From positions 62,001 through 96,663 of the forward strand of contig JBDROZ010000069.1 of assembly GCA_043809585.1 (NCBI GenBank): a DNA stretch of 34,663 nucleotides, given 5' to 3'. The position numbers were made by a program, and so were the translations under genes. This stretch comes from Candidatus Eiseniibacteriota bacterium. GTDB lineage: Bacteria > Orphanbacterota > Orphanbacteria > Orphanbacterales > Orphanbacteraceae. Shown here piece after piece: positions 9,401 to 18,473 of this stretch. Within the stretch, counting starts at the first letter, position 1, and the number at the start of each line of letters is the position of its first letter. The notes under the pieces were generated by a model. It did not search any database. It saw nothing but the letters and a program-made list of their open reading frames with translations, and was not told where the DNA came from.

Positions 9401-11717
9401 CATGAGGTGTCGCTCGCCGTGAACCGCTCCGGCGGGGCGGGCGTCGCGATCCTCTTCCCGATGTCCGTGTTCGGGACGGACCAGCCGCAGCTGTCCCCCG
9501 CCCCGATCCCGTACTCGTACGATCCGGGGGGGGGCGTGTCGACGTAGCTGAAGACGCCCGGGCCGAAGGTCGCGAGAAGCGCACCGTCCCGGTAGAGGCG
9601 GTAGCCGTCGGCGCCCGGTGAGGCCGACCAGCTCACGAAGATCACGGCGCACGACGTGTCGCTCGCGGCGACGGTCGCGGGGGACGGAGGAGGAGGAAGC
9701 GCCGTGCCCGTCGCCGTTCGGGACGCCGACCATCCGCAGCTGTTCCCCGATTGCACCTCGTACTGATGGCTCCCCTGGGGCGGCCTGTCGGTGTAGGTGG
9801 TCGCCGTCCCCGGCAGCGTGATCAACACCCCTCCGTCCCGGAGGAGCCGGTAGTTGCTCGCGCCGGCGACGGCGCTCCACGCGAGGTCCACCTCGACGCA
9901 GTCGTCCCCCGTCGCCGTCAGCGACGCGGGCCTTGGCAGCGGGCGACGGGACGATCCGTTCGCCGCCGCCGACCGCTCCCCTTCGCCGCACGTCCCGATC
10001 GCCGCGACCCGGTACTGGCGGGTGCCCACCGGGGCGCCGTTGTCGTCAAAGGACGTCACGTTCTCCGCCGTCGTCCCGACCGGCGATCCGTCCCGGTAGA
10101 TCCGGTATCCGGTCTCGTCGGACTGGTCGTTCCAGGTGACCCGTACCCGGTTACACAGGTGAGTCGTGGCGGCGACGCCTGCCGGTTTCCCGGGAAGGGG
10201 AAGGGCGGACCCGTCGGCCGGCGCGGAGAGACCCGACGCCCCGCACCGGCCGAATGCCTCCACCCGATAGGCGTGCGAAGCGCCGTGGGGGACGGTGTCG
10301 TCGTACTGGGTCACGTCTTTGCCGACCGTCGCCGCGAGGACGCCGTCCCGGTAAACGCGGTAGCCCGTCTCGAGCTCCCCGTCGCTCCAGGTGACGCGGA
10401 TCTCGCCGCACCGATCGGTCGATGCGAGGACATCGAGCGGCATCCGTGGCTTGTCGCACGCCCAACGGGCGATGTGGAGGGCCGGCTTCCGTTCGGCCAT
10501 GGTGAACTCGCCCCCCGCCACGATGCCGTCGTTTTGGAGGACCAGGGCGTGGACCGGAGCGTTCGGACCGAAGCGGACGTTCTCCCATGTGAAGGTCTTG
10601 TCGACGAACCCGAAATAGGGGAACGGTGTGCCCGCGACCCGGTTGAAGTCTCCGGCCGCGGCGACCTGATTGCCGAAGTCGATGAGCGCCCGCACCGGCC
10701 CGTTCGGTCCCTGGCCCGGCACGGCGAGCGCCCCCGGATAGATCCACCGGGTGAGCCGGATACAGGGAAGAGACGGGCCGGTGACCACCGTGAAGTCTCC
10801 GCCGATCCAGAGCGCGGTCGGTCGGGGCAGCAACGTCCGTACGGGCGCGTCGAAGCCGACCGTGGGATCGGCGGGAAAGAGGGAGGTCCAGAAGGCTCCG
10901 TTCCAACGGGCGAAGCGGATCGCGCCTCCCCCGCCCGCTTCGGCGAAGTCGCCTCCCGCCGCGATCTCTCCCTTGAACGAGGCGAGGGCGTAGACCGGGC
11001 CGTTCACACCGGCGCCGAGAGCGGTCCATACGCCTGCGGCGCTTCGAAGGGCCACGTTCGACGCCGGGATCGCGCCGGCGACCAGACCGAACTCGCCCCC
11101 CACGACGAGGTCGCCCCCGTGAACCGCGAGGGCGCGCACGGGGCCGTCGGTCCCGCCGAGGGGGAACCATGCCGAGCCGTCCCACTTCGCGATGTTCGCC
11201 GCGGGGGAACCTCCGGCGGCGGCGAAGGACCCGCCGGCGATGAGGGCGCCGTTCCAGACCACAAGGGCGAGGACGGGGCCGTCGGTCCCCGCGCCGAGGG
11301 GGTGCCAGGCCGCGCCGTCCCACCGGGCCACGTGTGAGGCCGCCCCCCCCCCGCCGTGGTGAACTCCCCTCCCCCGTAGAGACCGCCGTTCCAGACGGCG
11401 AGGGCCAGAACATCGTCGTCCATCCCCGCGCCGAGCCTGCTCCACTGATTCTCCCCCCCCGGTCCGTCGAGGGGAACCACGGGGAGGGAGGCTTCGCCAT
11501 CCTCGAAGGGATCGATGAACTCGATTCCTCCCTCCACTATGGCCTCGGGGGGGGCCACGGGCACGACCGCGGGAGTCACCGGATCGGCGACGGCGGGCGA
11601 AGCGACGGCGAAGAGAAGAAGCAGGAAGAGAGAGGCCGGGCGGAAATCCCCCGGCGCCTTCGAACCGTTTTGCATTCGCGCGGAAAGGGGATCACGGCCG
11701 GGATGGGGTCGCATCAT
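6418..11717 (-). CDS. Very large secreted/surface protein (~1766 aa): WDG-repeat beta-propeller, 11 Fn3-like domains, BACON-like Ig, dockerin-like EF pair, FlgD-Ig CTD; frameshifted at C10 11343-11352
   Basis: GAGGAGG RBS before ATG 11717 and signal peptide LFLLLLFAVASPAVA, in the frame of ORF 11004-11846. Adding one G gives FTTAGGGAASHVARWDG, matching sister repeat FAAAGGSPAANIAKWDG, and joins ORF 6418-11445. Fn3 units show W...YRxYRDG...Y-x-V. Also GDCNGDGVLDERDL/DVNFDAVVGPGDL and IRPNPF...WNGRTDDG...GLYFLKL. Confidence 0.85.
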
Positions 11718-11847
11718 GTTCGGCCTCCTCAACGCCGGGTGGTTGGCGTTCGGCTTCCGTCGACCCGCGCTCAAAACGTCGTTACTACTAAAGCAATGGG
11801 GCCGGGCCCGCCGCGCAAACCGAGACATCACCCTTCCCGATTGCATT

Positions 11848-11876
11848 ATTCTATCGGATTCTCGGACAAATCACAA
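11848..11876 (-). promoter_or_regulatory. Sigma70-type promoter for the large Fn3 protein
   Basis: Minus strand TTGTGA-N17-TAGAAT. Confidence 0.45.
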
Positions 11877-11917
11877 TCCATCCGAGTCACACGGGAAGTG
11901 GCTCGAGGCCCGAACCA

Positions 11918-11936
11918 ATTGTAATACAATGTAATA
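11918..11936. promoter_or_regulatory. Palindromic operator candidate (GntR-like TGTA-n-TACA)
   Basis: Perfect palindrome ATTGTA-A-TACAAT at 11918-11930, plus a TGTAATA direct repeat, between divergent genes. Confidence 0.4.
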
Positions 11937-12106
11937 GGAGCGCCGATCCGCCGATCCGCTCATCTCCCCCCTTTCGTGCTATCATCAAGGAGTCGGGATC
12001 CCGGAGCCCATACGATCAAAATCGAGCTCCCGCTACGCCTCCGCCGCCGACGCATCGTGGAATCGCCTCCGCCGGGGCCGGTGAGGAGCCGGAAGAGGAG
12101 GTGCTC

Positions 12107-13678
12107 ATGCGCGGATGGAGAATGTTCGTTGTCATCACCCTGACCTGTCTGCTCGCCGGGATCGCCTGGTCCCAGCCGTCGCCGGTCTTTCAAACGCTCG
12201 TCAAGGAGGGGGATATCGTGCCGGGCGTCGGCGCGGTCACGCGGATCGACAACCTGTCGGTCGCGAACGGCGGGGTCTGGTTCGTCGAGGCGGACACGGA
12301 CAACCCGAACGCGGACATCGACGTCGTTCTTCTCCGGAACGGCTCGCTCTATCTTCAGGAAGGCCAGCCCCTCCCGTTGCCGGCCGGCTCCTCGTTGGAC
12401 AGCTTCGACTCGATGCGGTTCGCAAACGACGGGCGGGCCAGTCACAACTTCTTCCTCTCCGGAACGAGCGGAACCGGAGACGATTCGGGCGTCTATCTCG
12501 ACACTGCGCTCGTGATCCAGGAGAGCGACATCTCCACGGCCACTGCCTTCTCGCCGGGCACCGCGTACATCGGGTTCTTCGGCACCTACTTCAACGACGC
12601 CTCTCAGATCCTGATCGTGGCGAGCGTCGAGGACACCGCGATCGCGAGCACCGTCGACCGGGCCCTGGTCATTGCGGATGTGGACAACAACGGCAACCTG
12701 GTTTCCGAGACGGTGATCGCGAAGGAAGGGGACATCCTTCCCGGCCAGACCGAGCGGATCACCGATTTCGGCACCGGCGAGCATCAAACGTCGTGGAACA
12801 ACGACGGGGAGGCCTTTTACTTCGCCGACCTGGAAGGGCCGACCGACCGGGACGGAGTAGTTTACAAGAACACCGGCCTCGTCGCCCAAGAAGGAATGGC
12901 CTCCCCCGAAGCGGGCCGTGCGTACGAACTCCTCTCGGGCCGGAGTCTCGACATCAACAACGGCGGTGAATACGCGTTCAAGGCAAACCTGGACGGGAGC
13001 ACGACGGATGACGAGGTGATCGTGAAGGGGAACTCGATTCTCGTCCGGGAAGGATCGCTGATTGCCGATATCGCCCCGTACCAGATCACGGCCACGGGGA
13101 CGGCGAGCGGGCCGGTGCAGATCGACGACAACGGGAGGGTCCTCTGGTACGGCGATTGGGACGACCCGAACACGGACTACGACACGGGCCTCTTCCTCGA
13201 CAGCACGCTGGTCGTCCAGGAGGGCGTGACCGCGGTCGACGGAAACGTGATCGACGTGATCTACAGCGGCCAGGACGCGTTCATGATGAGCGACGACGGA
13301 GAGTACGTGATCTTCGAGGTCGACTTCGTCGGGGGCATCAACGCGGCGGTCATGATGCGTCTTTCCGATCCGACGGATGTGGCGGAGGCCGGCGGCCTCG
13401 TGGCGCCTCTGGTGCTCCGGGCCCTGCCGAATCCCTTCGCCGCCGAGACGGCGGTTCGCTTCGGGTTGACAAAGCGGGAGGATGTCGACCTCCGGATCTT
13501 CGACATCCGGGGCCGACTCGTCACGACCCTCGCGAGCGGCGAGAAGCCCGCGGGCTTTCACGATCTGACCTGGTCCGGCCGGGATGACCGGGGCAGGAGC
13601 GTTCCCTCCGGGGTCTACTTCCTCCGGCTGAAAGCCGGTGGCGACGAGGTGACGAGCCGGATCGTGCGGATGAGGTAG
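12107..13678 (+). CDS. Secreted NxxGxxAF-type tandem-repeat (propeller-like) protein with FlgD-Ig CTD
   Basis: GAGGAGG RBS before ATG 12107 and a signal peptide. Repeats include NNDGEAFY, INNGGEYAF, DDNGRVLW and LVxQEG. C-terminus: LPNPFAAET...WSGRDDRGRSVPSGVYFLRL. Extended -10 TGcTATCAT at 11977-11985. Confidence 0.85.
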   Translation: MRGWRMFVVITLTCLLAGIAWSQPSPVFQTLVKEGDIVPGVGAVTRIDNLSVANGGVWFVEADTDNPNADIDVVLLRNGSLYLQEGQPLPLPAGSSLDSFDSMRFANDGRASHNFFLSGTSGTGDDSGVYLDTALVIQESDISTATAFSPGTAYIGFFGTYFNDASQILIVASVEDTAIASTVDRALVIADVDNNGNLVSETVIAKEGDILPGQTERITDFGTGEHQTSWNNDGEAFYFADLEGPTDRDGVVYKNTGLVAQEGMASPEAGRAYELLSGRSLDINNGGEYAFKANLDGSTTDDEVIVKGNSILVREGSLIADIAPYQITATGTASGPVQIDDNGRVLWYGDWDDPNTDYDTGLFLDSTLVVQEGVTAVDGNVIDVIYSGQDAFMMSDDGEYVIFEVDFVGGINAAVMMRLSDPTDVAEAGGLVAPLVLRALPNPFAAETAVRFGLTKREDVDLRIFDIRGRLVTTLASGEKPAGFHDLTWSGRDDRGRSVPSGVYFLRLKAGGDEVTSRIVRMR

Positions 13679-13733
13679 GCGCCAAGGCGCCGGCCGCCCC
13701 GTTTCCGAATCTCCGACGGCACCGAGCGTGCAC

Positions 13734-13767
13734 CAGATGCCCCGATTCAAATGAACCGGGGCATCTG
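13734..13767. terminator. Long hairpin between convergent genes (possible bidirectional terminator)
   Basis: CAGATGCCCCG-A-TTCA-AA-TGAA-C-CGGGGCATCTG; lacks a clear U tract. Confidence 0.5.
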
Positions 13768-13925
13768 ACTACATGACGGGTCCCTTCGAGTTCCCGCTCC
13801 AAATATCGCCCCGACCCGGTGTTTGCCACCCCGTATCCGATCGCGAAAACGGGGCATCCGCTCGATCCTGTCCGCTTCGTGGCGAAGCCGGCGCCCCTTC
13901 TAGCCCTCACGACGGTCCGCGATCA

Positions 13926-14267
13926 TCAACAGGCCGGTTTCCCGCGTTCGCCCGTACTGATCCGAATGGCATCCTCGACGGGGGAGACGTAGATCTTCCC
14001 GTCCCCCCGAAGACCCGTGTGGGCACCCTCGACGATCGCACCGACGACTTCAGGCGCCACCTCGTCGAGACAGACGATCTCCAGCTTCACGTGCGGGATC
14101 CAGTGGTCGGTGCTGTCGGTGATGTGCCCCGTCTCCTTCGTACCCCACCCGCGTCCGAATCCCTCGATCCCGTGTGAGCTGACCCCCGTCAATCCGTCGA
14201 TCTCATGGAGCTTTCCGATCACCGCATCGAGCCGGTGAGCCTTGATATATGCCTCCACCTTCTTCAT
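13926..14267 (-). CDS. PII-family signal transduction protein (heavy-metal-efflux-associated type)
   Basis: MKKVEAYIK...GFGR...KLEIV...AHTGLRGDGKIYVSPVEDAIRISTGERG. GGAGG RBS; last gene of the RND operon. Confidence 0.92.
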   Translation of the reverse strand: MKKVEAYIKAHRLDAVIGKLHEIDGLTGVSSHGIEGFGRGWGTKETGHITDSTDHWIPHVKLEIVCLDEVAPEVVGAIVEGAHTGLRGDGKIYVSPVEDAIRISTGERGKPAC

Positions 14268-14301
14268 TCTCTTTCCTCCCCCCGAAGATCACCGGCACAG
14301 C

Positions 14302-17300
14302 CTACCCGATCCAATCCCCTCGTTCCTCTACCGTCAGCTTCGGGGCGAACCATCCATACAGCGTCGGGATGAGAACGAGAGTCAGAAATGTCGAGGTGAG
14401 CAGGCCGAAAACGACCACGACCGCAAGGGGTCGCTGAACTTCCGAGCCCATTCCCCGCGACAGAAGAAGCGGCAGAACTCCGAGAATCGTCGTCAGGGCC
14501 GTCATGAGGACCGGCCGGAGCCGCAACAGAGAGGCCTGTTCGACAGCTTCCCGTGTGGACCGCCCTTCTTCTCGCAGCTGATTGATATACGAGACCAGCA
14601 CCAATCCGTTCTGGACCGCTATGCCGAAGAGCGCGATGAAGCCGACCGCCGCGGGCACCGACAGGTACTCGCCCGTCAGGTACAGACCGAACACCCCCCC
14701 GATCAATGCCAGCGGGACATTTAGGAATATCAGTGAAGAGCTCCGCAGCGACCCGAGAGCCACATAGAGGAGCAAGAAGATCAACCCCAGCGTCACCGGC
14801 ACGATGATTCCGAGCCTGTTCATCGCGCGCTGCTGGCTCTCGAACTGACCGCCGTATTCGACGTAGTAACCCGGCGGCAGCACGATGTTGTCCTTCACCA
14901 GATCCCGGATTTCGCCGACCACCCCGCCGATATCCCTTCCCCGAACGTTCGCGGAAATGATCCAGCGCCTCTGGTTCTTCTCTCGGTTTATCTGGATCGG
15001 ACCAACGACCCTCTCCACTTTAGCCACCTGCACCAGCGGCACGAGCATGCCGCTCGACGAGTGGATCATGAGTCTCTTAATCGCCTCCGGATCGCCGCGG
15101 TACCGCTCCGTGAATCGCACGTGTATTCCGAATCGTCGCGTGCCCAAGTACACCTGATCGACGACCTCTCCGCCGATGGCGAGCTCGACGATTTCCAGGA
15201 TATCGGCGACATCTACGCCGTAATGGGCACAGGCATCACGATCGGCTATGATTTGCACCTGGGGTTGGCCAAAACTCTGCTCCGTCGCAAGGTCGACGAG
15301 CCCGCGGACCGGAGTGATGACCTCCTTGATTTCCTCGGCCTTCGTACGCAGGACCGTCAGATCCTCGCCGAACAGCTTGATGGCCAACTGCGTTCGTACA
15401 CCCGATAGCAACTCATCGAACAGATTCTGAATCGGCTGGGTGAAATTCAACTGCACACCGGGATACGGACTGAGTCGCTTGTCAAGGGCCTCGACGAGTC
15501 CCGCTTTTGATTCGTAGTCGCGCCACTGGGATTTCGGTTTCAACATCAGCTGGATGTGCCCGAAGTTGACCGGATGGGGATGGCTCCCGGCTTCGGGCCG
15601 CCCGATCTTGGCGATCGTCTGCTCCACCTCATCGAATTCCATGATCATCCGCTCGAACTTGGTGATGGTCTCGGTGGCCTTTTCCAAGGAGATCGAAGGC
15701 GCCATCGTTACGTTGATCTGAACGATGCCTTCCTCCAGCGTGGGTATGAACTCGGTACCCAGGAAGGGGGCGAGGGCCAGGGAGCCGGCAAAAGCTACCG
15801 TGGTTATCGACATGACGACCCATCGACGGCGCAGGGTGGCCCGGAGAATCGGTAGATAAATGCCCTTGAGGAAACGAAGCAAAGCGAACTCCCTGCGGAC
15901 CTGATGCTTGAGCAGAAACGACGACAACACGGGCGCGAATACAAGTGCCGCCAGCAGAGAGCCAAGCAGGGCGAACGTGATTGTGAAGGCCATTGGAGAG
16001 AACATCTTGCCTTCAACGCCCTGGAGGGTGAATAGCGGGAGAAACACGATGATAATGATGGAAACCGAAAAAAGGATCGGGCGAACGACTTCGCGGCAGG
16101 CGGAGACGATTATGGCCGGCTTGCGCCTCGTCTTGCTTTCTTCGCTCGACAAATGTCTCGCGATATTCTCCACGACCACGATGGAAGCATCCCCCAACAT
16201 ACCGATGGCAATGGCAATGCCCCCCAAGGACATCAGATTCGCCGACATGTGCGCAACGCTCATGCATATGGCGGCGACAAGCGCACAGACGGGGAGCGCC
16301 AGGGCTACGATGAACGCGCTTCTGGCGCTTCCCAAAAAGAGTATCAGAACCAAAATGACCAGAATGCTCCCCTGCCAGAGGGCATCCCGGACGGTTCGAA
16401 CAGCGTTGCCGACAAGAGTGCTCTGATTGTAGTACGGAACCAGGTCGACGCCTTCAGGAAGGGATTCCTTCACCTCCGCGAATCGAGTTTCCAGCCGGGC
16501 AATGACTTCCGACGTGTTCTCGCCGTACAGTTTCATGATTATTCCCGCGACGATTTCATCGGTGCCGTTTTGCGTGACGACGCCGCGACGAATCTCCCTT
16601 CCATAGCCGACGCTGGCGACATCCCCGAGACGGACGGCCACCCCGCTCATGACTTTCAATTGGAGATTCCGAAGATCCTCGACCTTCTCGAGCAAGCCGA
16701 TGCCCCTGACGAGGTATTCTTCAGACCCAAGGACCAAGAACTGTCCCCCTGCGTTGCGATTGTTATTCGATATAGCGTCGACAACGTCCTTCAAGCCGAG
16801 GTCGAATTTCGTCAGCGCATAGGGATCCAGTTGAATCTCGTATTGCAGAACGTGTCCGCCCATCGAGAGAATCTCGGTGACACCAGGAACCGTCTGCAGC
16901 TGGTACTTGATTACCCAATCATTGAGCTCGCGCAGGTAGGCGTCGAGGGGCTTCCCCTCCGTGTTCACCGTGGCGTCGGCCGTCAGATAGTACATGAACA
17001 CCTCACCGAGGCCGCTGGAGATCGGTCCCAGCCGGGGAGGCTCGTGCATTTTTGGAAGGTCGGCAGACGCACTCGTTAGGCGCTCGGCCACGATCTGTCT
17101 AGCGAAGTAGATGTCGAAATCATCGTCGAAGTAGACATAGACTACGGCCATGCCGAACGCCGACGTCGACTTAATAAGGTTCACGCCGGGCAATCCGTTC
17201 ATGGCGGATTCTATCGGAAACGTGATCAACCGTTCGATTTCCTCGGGTGCCATCCCGTGCGCCTCCGCGAAAACCGGCACCATGACCGGCGAGATGTCGG

Positions 17301-17415
17301 GAAACGCGTCGGTCGGGAGGCGATTGTACTGGTACACTCCGGCAGCGATGATGCCGACAAGAAGCACCATAACGAGGAGGCGATTGCTTAGTCCGTACTC
17401 CATTAGTCGATTCAC
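14302..17415 (-). CDS. CusA/CzcA-family heavy-metal efflux RND permease
   Basis: 1037 aa with DAFPDISPVMV, NLMSLGGIAIAIGMLGDASIVVVEN, GTEFIPTLEEG, RLRPVLMTAL and GSEVQRPLAVVV. Confidence 0.96.
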   Translation of the reverse strand: MNRLMEYGLSNRLLVMVLLVGIIAAGVYQYNRLPTDAFPDISPVMVPVFAEAHGMAPEEIERLITFPIESAMNGLPGVNLIKSTSAFGMAVVYVYFDDDFDIYFARQIVAERLTSASADLPKMHEPPRLGPISSGLGEVFMYYLTADATVNTEGKPLDAYLRELNDWVIKYQLQTVPGVTEILSMGGHVLQYEIQLDPYALTKFDLGLKDVVDAISNNNRNAGGQFLVLGSEEYLVRGIGLLEKVEDLRNLQLKVMSGVAVRLGDVASVGYGREIRRGVVTQNGTDEIVAGIIMKLYGENTSEVIARLETRFAEVKESLPEGVDLVPYYNQSTLVGNAVRTVRDALWQGSILVILVLILFLGSARSAFIVALALPVCALVAAICMSVAHMSANLMSLGGIAIAIGMLGDASIVVVENIARHLSSEESKTRRKPAIIVSACREVVRPILFSVSIIIIVFLPLFTLQGVEGKMFSPMAFTITFALLGSLLAALVFAPVLSSFLLKHQVRREFALLRFLKGIYLPILRATLRRRWVVMSITTVAFAGSLALAPFLGTEFIPTLEEGIVQINVTMAPSISLEKATETITKFERMIMEFDEVEQTIAKIGRPEAGSHPHPVNFGHIQLMLKPKSQWRDYESKAGLVEALDKRLSPYPGVQLNFTQPIQNLFDELLSGVRTQLAIKLFGEDLTVLRTKAEEIKEVITPVRGLVDLATEQSFGQPQVQIIADRDACAHYGVDVADILEIVELAIGGEVVDQVYLGTRRFGIHVRFTERYRGDPEAIKRLMIHSSSGMLVPLVQVAKVERVVGPIQINREKNQRRWIISANVRGRDIGGVVGEIRDLVKDNIVLPPGYYVEYGGQFESQQRAMNRLGIIVPVTLGLIFLLLYVALGSLRSSSLIFLNVPLALIGGVFGLYLTGEYLSVPAAVGFIALFGIAVQNGLVLVSYINQLREEGRSTREAVEQASLLRLRPVLMTALTTILGVLPLLLSRGMGSEVQRPLAVVVVFGLLTSTFLTLVLIPTLYGWFAPKLTVEERGDWIG

Positions 17416-17429
17416 GGCGCCATCCTCCC

Positions 17430-18473
17430 TTAATGACCGTGGCCGGCGTGCCCGCCCAGGGCGCCGGTCACGATCTTCGCCTTCAGCTCGAAGGCTCCCG
17501 CGGCGACGTATTCCATCCCTGAATCGAGACCCGCCAGAATTTCGGTAAACCGCGAATCACTCTCACCGACGACGACGAGTACGGGGTTGAAGCTCGCGTC
17601 CCCCTCGGGAATGAACACGACATACTCGTCATCGAGTATCTGAACCGCGTCCTTCTCTACGAGCAAGCGTTCTTCACCCCGACCGGCCATGATATCGGCA
17701 TGGACGAACGTTCCTGGCCTCCATGAGTTTTCGGGGTTCGGGAGAATGATTCGCGCCGTCATGCTTCTCGTTCGCGGATCGAGAATGGGCGTAATGTACT
17801 CGATGGTTCCCTCGGTCGAAAGATCGGACCCGATGGCGTGTAGTGTGACCGTCTGCCCGGGATTGATCTTCTGAACGTCCTTCAGATACACCGCGAGGTT
17901 CACCCACACATGAGTGAGATCGGCGATCACGTAGATCGGCCTGTCCCCCGAGACGAACTCTCCGGGTGTCACGTCCTTCTCGATGATCCAACCGGAGATC
18001 GGCGCCGCGATCGCGTATTTGCTCAGGCTCTCGTTGCTTTCAAGTACGGCGAGAATATCGCCAGACCTCACGCGGTCCCCCATCCGAAAGTGGACCTCAT
18101 GAGCGATACCGGCGAAGCGGGGAACTACGTGCACAAGCCGATCCTCGTTGAACCCCACCTCGCCCGGAACATGGATCGAGGTTTCGATGCTGCCCCGATC
18201 GGCACGGGCCAGTCGAATCCCCGCCATGCGCACCGCCTCCGGTGTCAACTCCAGAACCCCTCCGGCATGATCCTCGTGTCCGTCGTCGGACTGATTTGCT
18301 TCTCCCGCGACGCCCCGCGCGCGATTGTGCTCTTGCTCCTGTTCGTTCTCGTGCTCGTGCTCCCCCTCTTCCGCGAAGCCAAACCGGCCCCCCTCGAGGA
18401 ACCAGGCCGCGAGCAGAACCGAGAGCAAGAGAAGGAGCCGGGAGCGCCCCGTGGTGCCTTGCGTGATCTTCAT
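17430..18473 (-). CDS. RND periplasmic adaptor (CzcB/CusB-like MFP) with His/Glu-rich N-terminal region
   Basis: The likely start is MKITQG at 18473 (GGAGGAGG RBS; ATGA overlap with the TolC stop). Contains EHEHENEQEQEH...HEDH, IAAPISG, IADLTHVWV and LDPRTRS, ending GHAGHGH. Confidence 0.92.
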   Translation of the reverse strand: MKITQGTTGRSRLLLLLSVLLAAWFLEGGRFGFAEEGEHEHENEQEQEHNRARGVAGEANQSDDGHEDHAGGVLELTPEAVRMAGIRLARADRGSIETSIHVPGEVGFNEDRLVHVVPRFAGIAHEVHFRMGDRVRSGDILAVLESNESLSKYAIAAPISGWIIEKDVTPGEFVSGDRPIYVIADLTHVWVNLAVYLKDVQKINPGQTVTLHAIGSDLSTEGTIEYITPILDPRTRSMTARIILPNPENSWRPGTFVHADIMAGRGEERLLVEKDAVQILDDEYVVFIPEGDASFNPVLVVVGESDSRFTEILAGLDSGMEYVAAGAFELKAKIVTGALGGHAGHGH

